Source: Octopus vulgaris | Lineage: Eukaryota | Assembly (NCBI GenBank): GCA_951406725.2 | Contig: OX597814.1 | Location: forward strand, 211,110,001 to 211,174,000 | Reading direction: 5' to 3' | Length of the DNA stretch: 64,000 nt | In this document: piece after piece, positions 13,401 through 26,225 of the stretch | Position numbering within the stretch: the stretch's first letter is position 1 | Layout of the letters: every line of letters begins with the position of its first letter | Translations under genes and position numbers: made by a program | Notes under the pieces: generated by a model | Told to the model about the DNA's origin: nothing | The model's input: only the letters and a program-made list of their open reading frames with translations | Databases searched by the model: none

Positions 13401-15699
13401 TCAAAAACATACCAGCCCTGAATGAGCAGACTGGTGATCTAAAATTTTCTAAACATGATGCCCTATTCATCTCTTTGACACGGCCTAGAATGACTGTATC
13501 ATCATCCTATGAAAGTAAGAAGATAGAATTTAATTCCAATCTTGTGTTTCTTTTCAAGATATAGATCATTAATACTGGGGTATAGTTTTCAAATTGTAAA
13601 ATAAGTTAAAACAAAATTGAGACTTAATTCATTCTGATATATTTTCTTTGGTTTTATCTTTCATTGTAGAAAAATGAAGTATGGTTTAAATTTTCGAGAT
13701 GACTATTGTTCAGCAAAATCTATATATTTGAATAACAGCATACTTCGAATATCACAAGAATTTCTGACTGTTTCCTAGTCGACCAATATTCGTAAAAATG
13801 TGAAAATAAGATAGAATAATAAATAGTTCAACTACACGAAACAAAATTTACCACAAAATATGCAATTTTTTATTGAAGCAATATACTCATCTTTTATCCT
13901 ATACTTGTTCTTTCATTTGCTTGGGGCCCTTATGTAGCCCCGCTTTGACAGATTTAATCGAATAAATATACCCCTTTAGAGCGTGTGTTCATGTTACATT
14001 TTTCTGTGTGCCTGTATGAATATTATGAGGTTGAGTGTAGAGCGAAAAGGAAACAATTCTATAAATGATATCGTATATTATATCATTGCAAACGAAGGTG
14101 GGAATTTATATTACGCCAAAGAAAAGTTGATTTTAAAAATGCCGAAAAAATACAAACAATTAGACGCAATGAATTCTGGTTTTCAAAACAATTTCCACCC
14201 AAAATTTTAAAATGAAGTTTAGGCTGTAAATAGAGACCTCTAAGCAGCTGAAAATTGCAGAAATCGATATTTTCGAGAATTCTATATTTTAACTACAAAA
14301 TTGCAACACATAGCAGAAAAAGCCATGGGCTTTAATTAACGCAGTTTTTTTATCAAAGGGCACATGAAATAAAATTAATGAATTTAGTCTATTGAAAACT
14401 ATTGCATATTGAAATACGACCCACGCCCAATTTAAATACCTTAATTTGAGTGGGTATGCTGATGCAGTTCTTCATTTTCTTGTAGTGGAGAGATTGCATG
14501 TCTGCTAGGGTATATTCTAAAGGTGTTGCATCAGTATTACGACAACTAGGTTCATGTGAGACGTGCAGAGTACATTTATATATGTAGAATTCAAAGACTT
14601 GCCGACTTCATCAATATAGATATTATATAATTAGTAGTTATATATGGTGGAGCTTCACATAGAAAATCAGTGGGCTATCATAACAAATGTGTACGTAAAA
14701 TGTTATGACTTTGGATCTTCAATAATAAGGAAGTTCTACGTTCAGAGTTTCTAGAATTCTGGCTAAATAATAAACCTTAAAATGTCAGCTTAAAATTCAA
14801 ACAACGCAGTAATCTCAATTAAATCAAATGTTGTTTATATCGCTTAGTAATGTCTCCCACAAATTTAGTAAATTCAGGTTTAAATAGAGTTGAATATACA
14901 TTCATTGACATGTTCGTACTTTATATGCATATATAGACACTTACGTATCAGAATATACACTCAAACTTTCACACACAGAAGCTTACAAACACATACGTGT
15001 ATTTATATCCGTACTTATATGTATGCATGCTATGCATGCCAGTATGTAGAGCTGAACATATGTTTGTATGCGTGCGTATGTATACCTTAAATTTTCTCTT
15101 TCAGCCCTTTATCTTTCAGACCCTATATTTCTCCATAATTTATTACATACACTGAAATCTTATCCATATATACTTATTCATGGAAACATATATAATTCGG
15201 AAATATTTATCGCATTCTATATATCTTTGAGCTGATACATGGGTGCCCTGTCAAAGTTCGAAAATATATAAACACAAATCATTTTTATTATAACTGAATT
15301 ACGAGGCGGTATCCATAATTTTCGTAAAGCTTCTCTTGTGGGTGGGGTTACCACTTTATTATACTACTACATCTCTCGCAACTTGAATACTGCATAAAAT
15401 ACGGGCAAAGAAAAAATATTCCAAACATAAATTTCAGAAATAGACTGCGTGCGGTCGTTACTGTTGTTCTACATGCTTAGATACAGTATGGGCGGTAACT
15501 GGAAAGGACGAGTAACTCAGAAATGTCAAAGGACGTTTCTGTGTACGAAGGTTAGCCTTTTCCCAGATATATGATTTGTATTTGTTCTGAGTTTTTCATT
15601 AGAAGTTGTATCGAGGGATTATGTCGAAATATTTTAGATTGATCTGAAACGTAAGACAAGTCTTGTCTTTCTCACCTGTTATGTTAAAGTTATAAGTTC

Positions 15700-16450
15700 A
15701 TCGGTAAACATTATCGGCCGTAATGAATCATAGCCAGGTCAATTTGCCTGTCATTTCTTTATGGGATAAAGACGTGCGATAACCTTTTTGTTGTAGAAGA
15801 TGCATTAGTGACAAAATTAGATGAAAGTCAGAGTAATAATTTAAAAGATGTTATTAAATTACCCGTTTGAAGAGGCTTTAGATATCTGTGTTTATGAAAT
15901 CACTCGAGATCTGGTTTGATGTCGTTAAGTTTTGTTGAGACAGCTTAGATTCTGTACGTTAGAGGGGATGCGGGGTTTTAGTATTTGCATAGTAATTAGC
16001 AGGTTATTTTCTTTATCTATGTGAGGAATAGGGTAACTTCGAAAATGAAAACATGGGAAATATTAAATTTGACAAAGTGTGGAGAGCACACACTGTTTTG
16101 TTAAATGGGTTTATCATAGTTTGATATTTCAAAAATCATAATCAAAATATCATATTGCTTTACGCTCTCTTATACGGTGTTAGATATAATTATTGTTGAT
16201 CGCAACTGGAAATCGTTTTGAAAGAAAACAGTAATTTAAAAAAAGTAATAGTGTTGACAACATAAACTCCGTTTCAATTGGATGTATCATCTTATCATTT
16301 GTGTTAGACAAATAGCATAGTAAATTAAACTTATAAATATAGAAATCCAAAGTCTCAACATATTAGTTATGATGTTGAATTAGCCAGGAGCTTTAAAGTA
16401 TATTGGTGTGACGCATAGAAAAATGTTACATAAAAGAAACAACTAAGTAT
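15700..16450 (+). mobile_element. Heavily decayed Penelope-like element ORF (RT + GIY-YIG remnants)
   Basis: Fragments DV..L.P.EEALDIC (~15850-15890, RT motif FDVxSLFTNxPxxEAxxI) and KYIGVTHRK (16396-16422, YIGxTxR of GIY-YIG); followed by a hairpin and a hammerhead, as expected for a pLTR. Confidence 0.45.
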
Positions 16451-16634
16451 ACGGCTTAGATATTTGTTGATACTATAAATCGCTATATATTTACAATTTT
16501 TATAAAATTGGTTGAGAAGTTATTTCTGGAATCAGAGTAGGTTAAGCAACGCATGAAAAGGATGTATTGAAAATGTGTTGAGACTTCTTTGGGGGATATA
16601 TTTATTAAATTCAAAGAAGTACCAAACACTAATC

Positions 16635-16762
16635 TACGATTGACCGGAGTCTCGCATGCATGGGGTTTTTCCGGTCTCAGCGCGCCAAAGTGAAGTCATT
16701 TGAAAAATAAATTCAAATATAATCGGTTGAACTCCATGCATGCGAGACTCCGGTCAATCGTA
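16635..16762. repeat. 33-bp near-perfect inverted repeat with 62-bp spacer
   Basis: Left arm TACGATTGACCGGAGTCTCGCATGCATGGGGTT (16635-16667), right arm AACTCCATGCATGCGAGACTCCGGTCAATCGTA (16730-16762); 32/33 match, and the mismatch is a G-U pair on the + strand RNA. Confidence 0.95.
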
Positions 16763-16769
16763 TTTGCAT

Positions 16770-17115
16770 CTAGTCCAGCAAATTGTATTTTATATAACAT
16801 ACCATGCTGACGAGATTACGGGTTATCCTTGCGGATAATAATAATCGAAACTGATTCAGTAGATGGGTAATTCTTTTAATTTCGTATATTTTCATTTGTC
16901 TTGTTTAATGCTTTGGTTTTGTGCTGATTTTTTTATTTTGAGAACACACTCTCTGTAGAAAATAGCGATTTGACGTCTATATCTAGCATGTTGACTGTCC
17001 ACTTTTCATGTTCAGTCCTTTAAATTTTGTATGTAAAAATATTTTAATCTTCGGATTCTTTTTAATATGCTGGGCCACTGGTTTTAATTGACTAATATCA
17101 ATTTCTACCCTTATC

Positions 17116-17120
<5 letters not shown>
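16770..17120 (+). mobile_element. Penelope pLTR-like / retrozyme-like element ending at (TA)n
   Basis: Hammerhead near its 5' end. The 3' end ...TGGTTTTAATTGACTAATATCAATTTCTACCCTT resembles the reverse complement of 55706-55770, and both end at a (TA)n tract. Confidence 0.6.
16802..16866 (+). ncRNA. Type I hammerhead ribozyme motif, intact core
   Basis: CCATG CTGACGA GATTA-cggg-TTATCC-ttgc-GGATAA-taa-TAATC GAAA CTG-att-CAG T A GATGG. Core and stems II/III are intact with a GUA cleavage triplet; the first stem I pair is G:G. Confidence 0.8.
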
Positions 17121-17196
<76 letters not shown>

Positions 17197-17201
<5 letters not shown>

Positions 17202-17673
17202 GGTATATGTGTATGGGTGTATATATAGTTTATTATTATATTATTATTATTTTTTTGTTTTGTTTTATATTTTATATTTTATATTTAATTGTTGATAGGT
17301 TTATATTAGTTTATATATTGTTTATATATTGATTATATATGGATTATATATAGGTTATATATGGATTATATATTTATATTTTTTCATTCATACTTTAATT
17401 ATTTTAAAATTATTATTTTTATATTTTAAAATATTGATATTTTAGATTGGAAGTCCACCTGAAGATTGTCGATCAAGACAAGAAACGATTGTAGTGGCGG
17501 TTTTTTTGACTATTTATTAAAATTTTATGTATTGATTAAGTCTTTCCTTGTTTGTTTTGCAAAATAGTGGTTTTGTCTCTAATAATATTTTATAATATTT
17601 TACTATAAAATTGGATTTAATCCTAAATCTGATTTTTTTTCCCTGTAAATTTGGATTTATTCCCTAATATTTA

Positions 17674-17680
<7 letters not shown>
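17197..17680 (+). mobile_element. Short AT-rich non-coding element inserted in (TA)n and carrying an intact hammerhead
   Basis: Bounded by (TA)n at 17121-17196 and ~17680-17716; hammerhead at 17455-17497. Confidence 0.65.
17455..17497 (+). ncRNA. Minimal type I hammerhead ribozyme, fully canonical core
   Basis: CCAC CTGAAGA TTGTC-gatcaa-GACAA GAAA C-gatt-G T A GTGG: 4-bp stem I (CCAC/GTGG), CUGAAGA, perfect 5-bp stem II, GAAA, short stem III, GUA triplet; predicted cleavage after 17493. Confidence 0.88.
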
Positions 17681-17719
<39 letters not shown>

Positions 17720-19012
17720 TAACAGGTATATTTGGATTGATGGATCGACAGATGTATTGAGAGAGGCCAAAAACAGAGGCCATCAACTACGTAAAATATA
17801 TATGATGATGTTAAGGAATGAAAACAAGATTAGATCTTGTACTGCTATGCGATAGTTGCTTAATAATAAATATAAAGGCGATACTTTGTAGACTGAAACA
17901 TTTATTTCTTACAACATATGATATAGCAGCAGACATCAACCATCAGAAGTCTTTGATTATTTTATTTTTTTCTATTTGAAAAGGTGAAATTTTACTCGAA
18001 ATATTATTGTATCATTTAACCACCTATTTACATCATCTTTTCTCATTGTTTTAGTTATTCGCATCGTCTTCCATTGTTTGTTTAAATCTTATCCTGCACT
18101 TCTCAAATGTATTCTCCATCATTTGACCCCATTGTATATAATAAAATACTTTAAGAGAAATACGTATTACCGATGGATGAAGAAGCTATCGAAAAGTTTA
18201 GCTTAAACGCTTTCAGAAATAGTGTTCTTTCGAACATATGCCAATGATCTCATTCGCTTCCATTTAAAATTTCCTCGTATTTTCTCCGCAGGTTTCGCGT
18301 CAAGAACGTAAATTACACCATAAAATTTCCCTTCAACTTAATGCCAAATATCGTAACTACTGAACTAGCTTAATTCAATATTAAATCACTATTACAGAAT
18401 CTTTCTCTTTTGCTGATGGTATGGAAATCACTCTGAATTTGAAAACTCGAGACAACCGTGTAACTGTGACAAACAGTAGTCTTGCCCTGAAATACTGACC
18501 TCGTAATAATGATTGTAAATATACAATGGGACACTTCACCTCACAACTGGAGACCGTTATCTAACGACTATCACGCGAAACGAACGTTACTCCCATCCAC
18601 TCAACGCGATATACTTAACCACAAACCGAAATGCTTCTAAACCCAATGGACCGCTGAAAAATAATGCTTGAAATAGAAATTAATTTCTGTTGTGCAGACA
18701 ATCCAGTCTTATCACACGAGACGCAGCTGGCAATAAGTATATATTTCTCTAAACATTTTCTTCCAGTTGAAAAGACGAAACTTTTCCCTAAGTATGATAG
18801 GTTTATTAACCACTCATACAATGTAAAACAATAGGTACTTTCCATTTGTTTCTGTACATTTATGTAACCTAAAATGCTTTACTAAAATCTTTATCTTCAT
18901 TGCTTTAAATATTTATAAAACCATTTATTTCATAGTACTTATGGTGAGGTTTCAAGCAAAATCTGTTACTACATATGTAAGCACCAACACCTACACGTGT
19001 GTGAGAAAGAGA

Positions 19013-19052
<40 letters not shown>

Positions 19053-19567
19053 AAATATAATTGTGTGCTCATGTATAGGTATAGACATCTATATAACCTG
19101 TATAAGTAATAAAATTATTCATGAAAGCAGTATCTCAACACAAATTATTCTATTCGACTATTGTTCTCTGGAAATATAATTGTCTTTAGTCAATACCATA
19201 TGCACGTGCTTCTGTATATTTTTACACCAGTTTAGTCCAGGCATTACTTCACATTATTTGCCATGATAGTTTATTAAATTTTTTTTTTCATTCCACCTTA
19301 ATCTTTCTGCGGCGCACTCACTATGTTTTTTGTAATATATATATTTCTTTTTCTAAAATTATTTAACATAAACGTGAGCATGGCTAAATTGCAAATGTTT
19401 GCCTAAAAGACCCAAATCATATCCTGGATTATATACAACTTTACGTACTTTTATAATCTAATATTACAGTCGGATATGTGCAGAAATTTTAGAACAAATA
19501 TAATTAATCTTGCGAAATGTAGGTAGTACACATTACGAGAAAGAGTATGCACATATGTATGTATGTA

Positions 19568-19687
<120 letters not shown>

Positions 19688-19699
19688 TCGAATTCCGGG

Positions 19700-20500
19700 A
19701 AATGAGCAAAAATTCTAAACCCTCGTACAAATAACGAAAATAATCGGAAATCGAAATGCCAGGTATACCCATATCGCCACAATCTCAAACTAACTGGAAA
19801 CTTTGTCGAGGTTCCATTTAGTTCTAATCAGCGAGTCTCACTAAATGCAAGGGTCATAGACATACATATAAACCGCAAATGTTCTCTTGCTTTTCATTTT
19901 ACGATACTATTCGTTATTGGTACGGGGGCTTAAAATGTTTGCTCTATCATGTGATTTCATTCAATGCATATTAGTGAAAATAATCTGTGGTTGTAGTTGT
20001 CTTCTCAGTGCTATTTTTAGCTTGCCGGTGCTACCTGTAGTACCCCTTATTATCAATTAATAATGTTTTACCTGATGGTAATTTTTAACGTATGCTATAC
20101 CACTTGATATTATTGTTTAAAAATAATACCTTCATTTATGTTTTTATAAATTATCATTCACTTCGATCACATGCTAAAATTTGCCGTGGCATTAAAAACG
20201 GTCATCACGCACATTTGTTGAGATGGGTAACCTCTATGACCCTTGAGGTTAGTGAGATGTGAACTAAGTGGAACCTTCACTAAGTTGGAAATCGTGACAA
20301 TATAGCTACTTCTGACTTTTCAATTTACAATTGTTTTCGTTATTTGTACGGAGGCTTAGCATTTTTAATAATTTCCCTGACTTCTGTTAACGTGTATCAG
20401 TGAAAATTTGAAGTTGTAGTTGTGTTCTGACTGCTATTTTTAACATGTGGTATCCTTGAAAAAAATGTTCTAAGCATCTGTACAAATAACGAAACGAATT
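19700..20500. mobile_element. Cluster of inverted/tandem pLTR-like repeat fragments with a decayed hammerhead
   Basis: The motif TTCGTTATT.GTACG..GG.TTAG occurs at ~19910 (+), ~20335 (+), ~20745 (+) and inverted at ~19710 and ~20480. CTATGACCCTTG...TTAGTGAGA...GAACTAA.TGGAACC occurs on - (19810-19860) and + (20235-20275). Minus 19768-19835 reads CTCG CTGATTA stemII GAGA TTGTGGCGA TA TGGG. Confidence 0.55.
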
Positions 20501-23500
20501 ATAAATCGATTTTGTGATCTAGTTATGTGTTTTATAAACATACATTTTATTTGTTAGTTGTGTTTTGGTTTATGTCTATCATTGTTTGAATTGCATAATA
20601 GTTGTTTCATCCCTAATTTATATTTTATATATATATACTTACAAATATGCGTATATTCAGGCAAACATTCTTGCATGAATGCATGCATACACACATACAT
20701 ACATACATTCATACACACGTCTCTCTGAATATATTCAGGTTGCTTTTCGTTATTTATATGGGGGCTTAGAATTGTGATTGCTCATTCTCCGGACAGACAG
20801 ACATAGATACATGCTTGCAATCAGAGAGACAGTCAGACAGACATGCATGCATAAAGCTTATTTAGCTCTGGCATTTGCAAAGGTAATTGACGATATTTTC
20901 TACGCAACCATTTCAGTTTCTCATTTGGCTACAAGAATACTTTGAAGAATGGGGAAACGTCTTGGACATCATATTTTGTTAGAATCTCGTAGGCATAATT
21001 AGTACAACAATTTTGCTTCCAAAACTAAAATTGTTATGATATATGTAGAAGCGATTAACAATAAAATGTTATTTTATACCTATGATTTGTAATCCATAAA
21101 CACTGAGACATACCATGATGTTAGTGAATCTCGTCTGAAAAGTGAGTAAATCTAGAATAGCCAAAGGCACAGAAGGTGTCTACTACTAGTACTAAGACTT
21201 TTTATGGTGACACATTTATGATTTCCAACGTAGTACAAAACGCGAATCTTCCTCAAATTAAGATCTTCCTTCTCTCGCTTTCTTTCTCTCTTTCCCTTTG
21301 TCTCCTCTATCTATCTTTACCTTTCTCTCTCTCTCACACTTACTCTCTCTCACTTACTTACTCTCTCTCTCTCTCTCTGTTTCTCTCCATCTCACTCTTT
21401 TACTCAAGAATGCCTTCCTGTTACTATACTTCGTCAATGTGGCACAAACTTGGAAACAAGCAAAATATGCCAAAAATTATAGACGTGACGTGAGAGCACG
21501 CACTCATATACGAACTTCTTTGTATAGGTAAATGAACATACGAGTACGTATGTGTATATGCGTGCGCCTGTATACGTGATCGTCTGTGTTCATTTTCATA
21601 TAATTTTATTTGCAAATTGAAAATTTAGAAAATGTTTTCATTCCTTTCAACACTAAACGGAATGGGAATTATCTATTTCCATATCGTTGAATTTCAAATT
21701 GCTAATAAATAATTCTATATATACTAATATTTACTGTATTATATGCGTGTTTACTTTATACAGTATCGAAACTCTTAGACTAGGTCCTCTCCTGAAAATT
21801 AAAAAAAAATTACAGTTGTCCGACATTTTGTCATATTATATTTATATAAAAACCACAAGAGAGTTTAAAATATACAGCAATAAATTAGAGAAATTATTTG
21901 CTCTTATGTTGTTTTTCATCGAAATTCATAGAATTTCAAATGTCTTTTTTATTTATTTATTACGTTTAGTGTTTGCCAGTATAGATTGACCTGATGTTTT
22001 ATTATTTATTTTCTTTTCTTTATTCACGTATTTTGTGATAGAATTACATTGTAGAAGAGCACCTTAAAATGAGGTATTAGATTTATATAACGAATATATT
22101 TTATAATGCTTCACCAAATATCTTTTAGTCAATTTACTGAGAGATTTATTCAGTCATACAAATACATCCTCGTGAAAATCAGGATGAACATTGATATCAT
22201 GAATCAACATTAATAAGATGACAATAGAAATAACTGAAGTATTTTAATAAACAAAAATAGAGGATATATTTTCCACCTTTACGCTTGCGCAGTTCTTGGA
22301 AAGGTGCCACATAAGAACTGATGTGTAATGTCGTGATTTTTTACTTGCAATATTTTAGGTACTTCACTTACTTGATTTGTAACCACAGGTCAAATCTACA
22401 ACTTCTATTAAATATCATATGTAAACATGTTTATCGTACACATCATATGCATCGTATAAATCTATTGTTTATAAATATAGTGCTCATAAGAATATTACAG
22501 AATTTGTATAACGTCTGTAAAACAGTTTCAAGCATATACGCAGAGATCAAAAGAAATTCATTTGTGTTTGTGCGTGCAGCAAGACAGAAAAAGCGAGACA
22601 AAAGGAGCGGGGATAATGTGGCAGTGTGTGGGTGTATGAAAAAGAACGAGTGAACAGTAGATATATAATGTTTGTGTATGTGTGTATATGCGTGTGGGAT
22701 TTTGTGAGTGAGTGCGCGTGTGTGTGTTACATATATAATAGATTGTAATGTTACAGCATTGATTTTATTGTTTCCGGTTAACTTTCCCACAGTTCTTTCT
22801 CATCATATTTCTGAGCTACTTCCATAGTTTCAGTCAGCTTTTACTCGTTATAATTTCTTCTAAAAAAAACATGCCGAAAACGCAAATATATTTTCCTTTA
22901 ATATAAAAAGGTTCAAAGCCATATAGCATTCAGTCAGGATTCTAGTACTTATAGGCATCGATTACAGATAGTAGTAAGGAAACATAAGAGTTATAAAATC
23001 TAATGTCCAGTTCAGTGTTGAATTAGTATAACTCATTTTTTATATAAAACACGTTCATAAGTAGGATAGCATAAAATCTTATAATAAAAACCACTAAACA
23101 TACCGCACGATATATAATGTTCAGCTAAGATTCAAAATCTTCTCAGAAAGTATCCTATTTTTATAATGATATTTATAAGCGAATTGTTTCCCCTCCCACT
23201 AAACATCAATCATTATTCACTGTAATCACCACAAGATAATATTTCTCGGTAGGTTTGTAATTGAATGTAAAATTTTCATTACTGTTGTAGATGCTATATT
23301 ATAGGAAGTAATCTTATTTTTGCAAATTTTCACTGCTTTTTTTATCACTGAGGTGTGTTATATATGTCAATATTAAAAACAGGACAGCCTGTAGTAAAAA
23401 AAACAAACATAACTTCTAGGTTTCCAAAACTGATTTCCTAACGTAATAACTTAACACGAAAACAAATTTACAAAATAGTGATTCAAAACCACGTATCAGG

Positions 23501-23957
23501 GTAATATCTATTAAAGATTTAGGAGATAGTTGTTAAAGCAAAGATGAATAATCTTCCATAAGATATAGAAGTTTTACATCTATTTGGAAAAAAAAAATAT
23601 TGTAAATGTGTTAGTGTTTATTTAATACTCTTCATTAATGATTCAAAACAAGTATTTATCATTTCATAATCTCCCCGGAAATAATAATTGGTTTAATCTA
23701 ATTTAAGCCTTCGATTTGTATCTGCTTCAGACTTAAATAACCACTAGAAAGAAGCACCCAAAGGAACAAGATTGGATATTTAATTTACTATGAAAACAGG
23801 TTGCTGGAAATATTCTGCAAGAATAAAGTCATTGAAAATGTATTCAGTAGTATTACAAATAGCTACCATCAATAACGAAATAGACTTAAACTAATACAGG
23901 AATAACAAACAAAAATGTCTGATGTCTCTATGAAACCGTCAAATAAAAGATATGTTC

Positions 23958-24015
23958 AGTTCTCTATTTAAGAGATGAGGAATTATGTACATTATATACA
24001 TTATCATCATCATTA

Positions 24016-24094
<79 letters not shown>

Positions 24095-24184
24095 CGTTCA
24101 GGTCCCTGCCATATGGTGTAGTGGTTAAGACCGTGAGCTACTAACCTCAAGATTGCGAGTTCGATTCCAGGCAGTGACCTGAAC

Positions 24185-24240
<56 letters not shown>

Positions 24241-24410
24241 TAATAATAATAATAATAACATCGAAAAATACCTTAGGAATGAGAACCTAGGTTCGAAATT
24301 TCCTCAAGTCACCTCATAAATGTTGGAGAGTATATCAGCCGAAGCGTTGTGTTAACAACAAGCAAGATGAGGACTAATACCCGTCAATCGTAAATAATGT
24401 AAATAATGAA
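23958..24410 (+). mobile_element. Composite SINE-like element: tRNA-derived head + (AAT)n + hammerhead-bearing tail, preceded by an inverted partial copy
   Basis: A box TGGTGTAGTGG (24114-24124), B box GAGTTCGATTCC (24157-24168), (AAT)n 24185-24258, decayed hammerhead 24308-24353; tail homologous to 38980-39140 (-). Confidence 0.75.
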
Positions 24411-24639
24411 AAGAAACGTTCTATTGTAACAAAACTATGCGACCAAAAACAATCCCCCCCACCAAATTAATTGAAACAATGAAGAATACTAAAATAAATC
24501 TCAGATTAAAAGAACGAACGCAGACGATATGCAATTGCATTGCAAACATAGGTTCCTATATAAGATAGAATATAAATGAATGGTGAAATATGTACATCAG
24601 TGAACGTGGAATCATTCAGCAAATTGCTTTATCAGGCAG

Positions 24640-26000
24640 AAGTCCGGGAATTATCAAACATTTTCGGAAAGATATTTGGAATTATAAGACAGATCAGCAC
24701 CAATAAGGAATTAATATAGATAAGCTAGTGGAATTCGGAAATGTATCATGACACATTTATTTCAATCTGACGCGGAAACATCATGTTCTTCGGGTCCAAT
24801 TTCTAAACCTAAGAAAAATATACTGGAAAGTGCTTTCAATATCCGATTAGGACACAGGCATGTGAACAAACCATCAAAGGTTTTTTGCCACTACACCTGT
24901 AGGCAGGTCTGCAATGATGATTGATTACATAGACAGAAAAAAAAAGGGTTTTACTAGCCATAGATTAGTTAGACGCCAAGATAAAATCCTAGCAAACTTT
25001 CTCAAACCATGCTCTATTATAACCCGTACGGGTCTTTATCAGAATATCTCAGCAAGTGTGTAGCCCCAACGCGAATTCAAGGAAAGTATAAGATGTTTTA
25101 TCCATAATCGAGGACGCTGAGCGTATGATCAAAAGTGTAGGCCTGTCTCTCTGAACAGATATATCAACAAAGACATGCAACGAATAGCAACAAAGAAAGT
25201 AATAGTGTTCTTTTAAGAGAATTACAGGTAGAAATCTGCTAGACACAGCACTAGACACGCGACACGCTGTTAAAGCAGCTACTCAACAACTCAGATATAG
25301 GTGTGATATATCGTCAGCTTTCCAATCCCTTTGATTAAGCATGGTAGGGTAAGTCGTAACTTTTGTGATGTCAGCACAGTCGGAAAGCATAGAATATGGT
25401 TACAAAACTTTTAAAGACAATGATGATCAAAGGACCTTCCCTGAGGGTGACCTAAAACTGAGTAGTGTTCCACAGTGTATTGCTTTATGGCTGTTGCTAT
25501 GAAGATTATCTCAATGCGGTAGGTTAGCTTGTGGGAAAGCCTGAAAAAGTTAAAACTCCACTCCGTGTACGAAGGCAAGAACAATATGGAGTGGTGTCTA
25601 TCTGGGAAGTTCTGTAAGGACTTGCATCAAAATTTGAGACTAAAAAAATCTATAAGTGAGATCTACTGCATAATGCCAAATATAACTACTTTGACGTCAG
25701 TACACACGACCAGAAACAACAATATCTGCCGCTTCAAAGGCCTATAGCTTATTAATAACTTCGGAAAAAGCGTAACAAACCTATATGTGTAGGTGTCTTG
25801 GATTTAGGTGAAAACAAAACTGGATTACTTCCTGTCACGAATTCTAAATTAATCTAACTCGTGGTAGGAAATGCAGATTACGGCAGCAATATAAACTCTC
25901 CCATTCATAAATCAGACGAGATGTCAAGTAATAAATGTGTGGCAAAACTAACAGCGCTGCCCTAGCATTACCGCAGGTCTCGAGCTGAAGTTAGTAGAGG
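24640..26000 (+). mobile_element. Degenerate CR1-group LINE (RT and C-terminal remnants, 3' tail)
   Basis: Remnants CRPVSL (NYRPVSL), SSVPQCIALWLLL (SGVPQGTVLGPLLF), RFKGL.L.N and KTKLDYFLSRI; 3' tail CTAGCATTACCGCAGGTCTCGAGCTGAAG matches the tail at 51760-51800 (-). Confidence 0.65.
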
Positions 26001-26029
26001 AGCAATTTAGCTAGATAGGACAGACATAC

Positions 26030-26032
<3 letters not shown>

Positions 26033-26118
<86 letters not shown>
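26033..26118. repeat. (GATA)n microsatellite
   Basis: Directly visible. Confidence 0.95.
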
Positions 26119-26190
26119 CATCTTTTGGAAGAGGAATATTTAAACATTCACACAAAAGATAAGATTATTATTATTACTATTATTATTATT

Positions 26191-26225
<35 letters not shown>

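Noticed and set aside
18275-18660. Acceptor-like sites (+ TTTTCTCCGCAG ending at 18291; - TTATTTTTCAG at 18655)
   Set aside because: All frames close quickly with no recognisable protein; a non-coding exon cannot be supported from sequence alone.
24111-24175. tRNA-like sequence with an ACT anticodon-like loop
   Set aside because: Acceptor and T stems do not pair properly and it runs straight into (AAT)n and a repeat tail; treated as a SINE head, not a tRNA gene.
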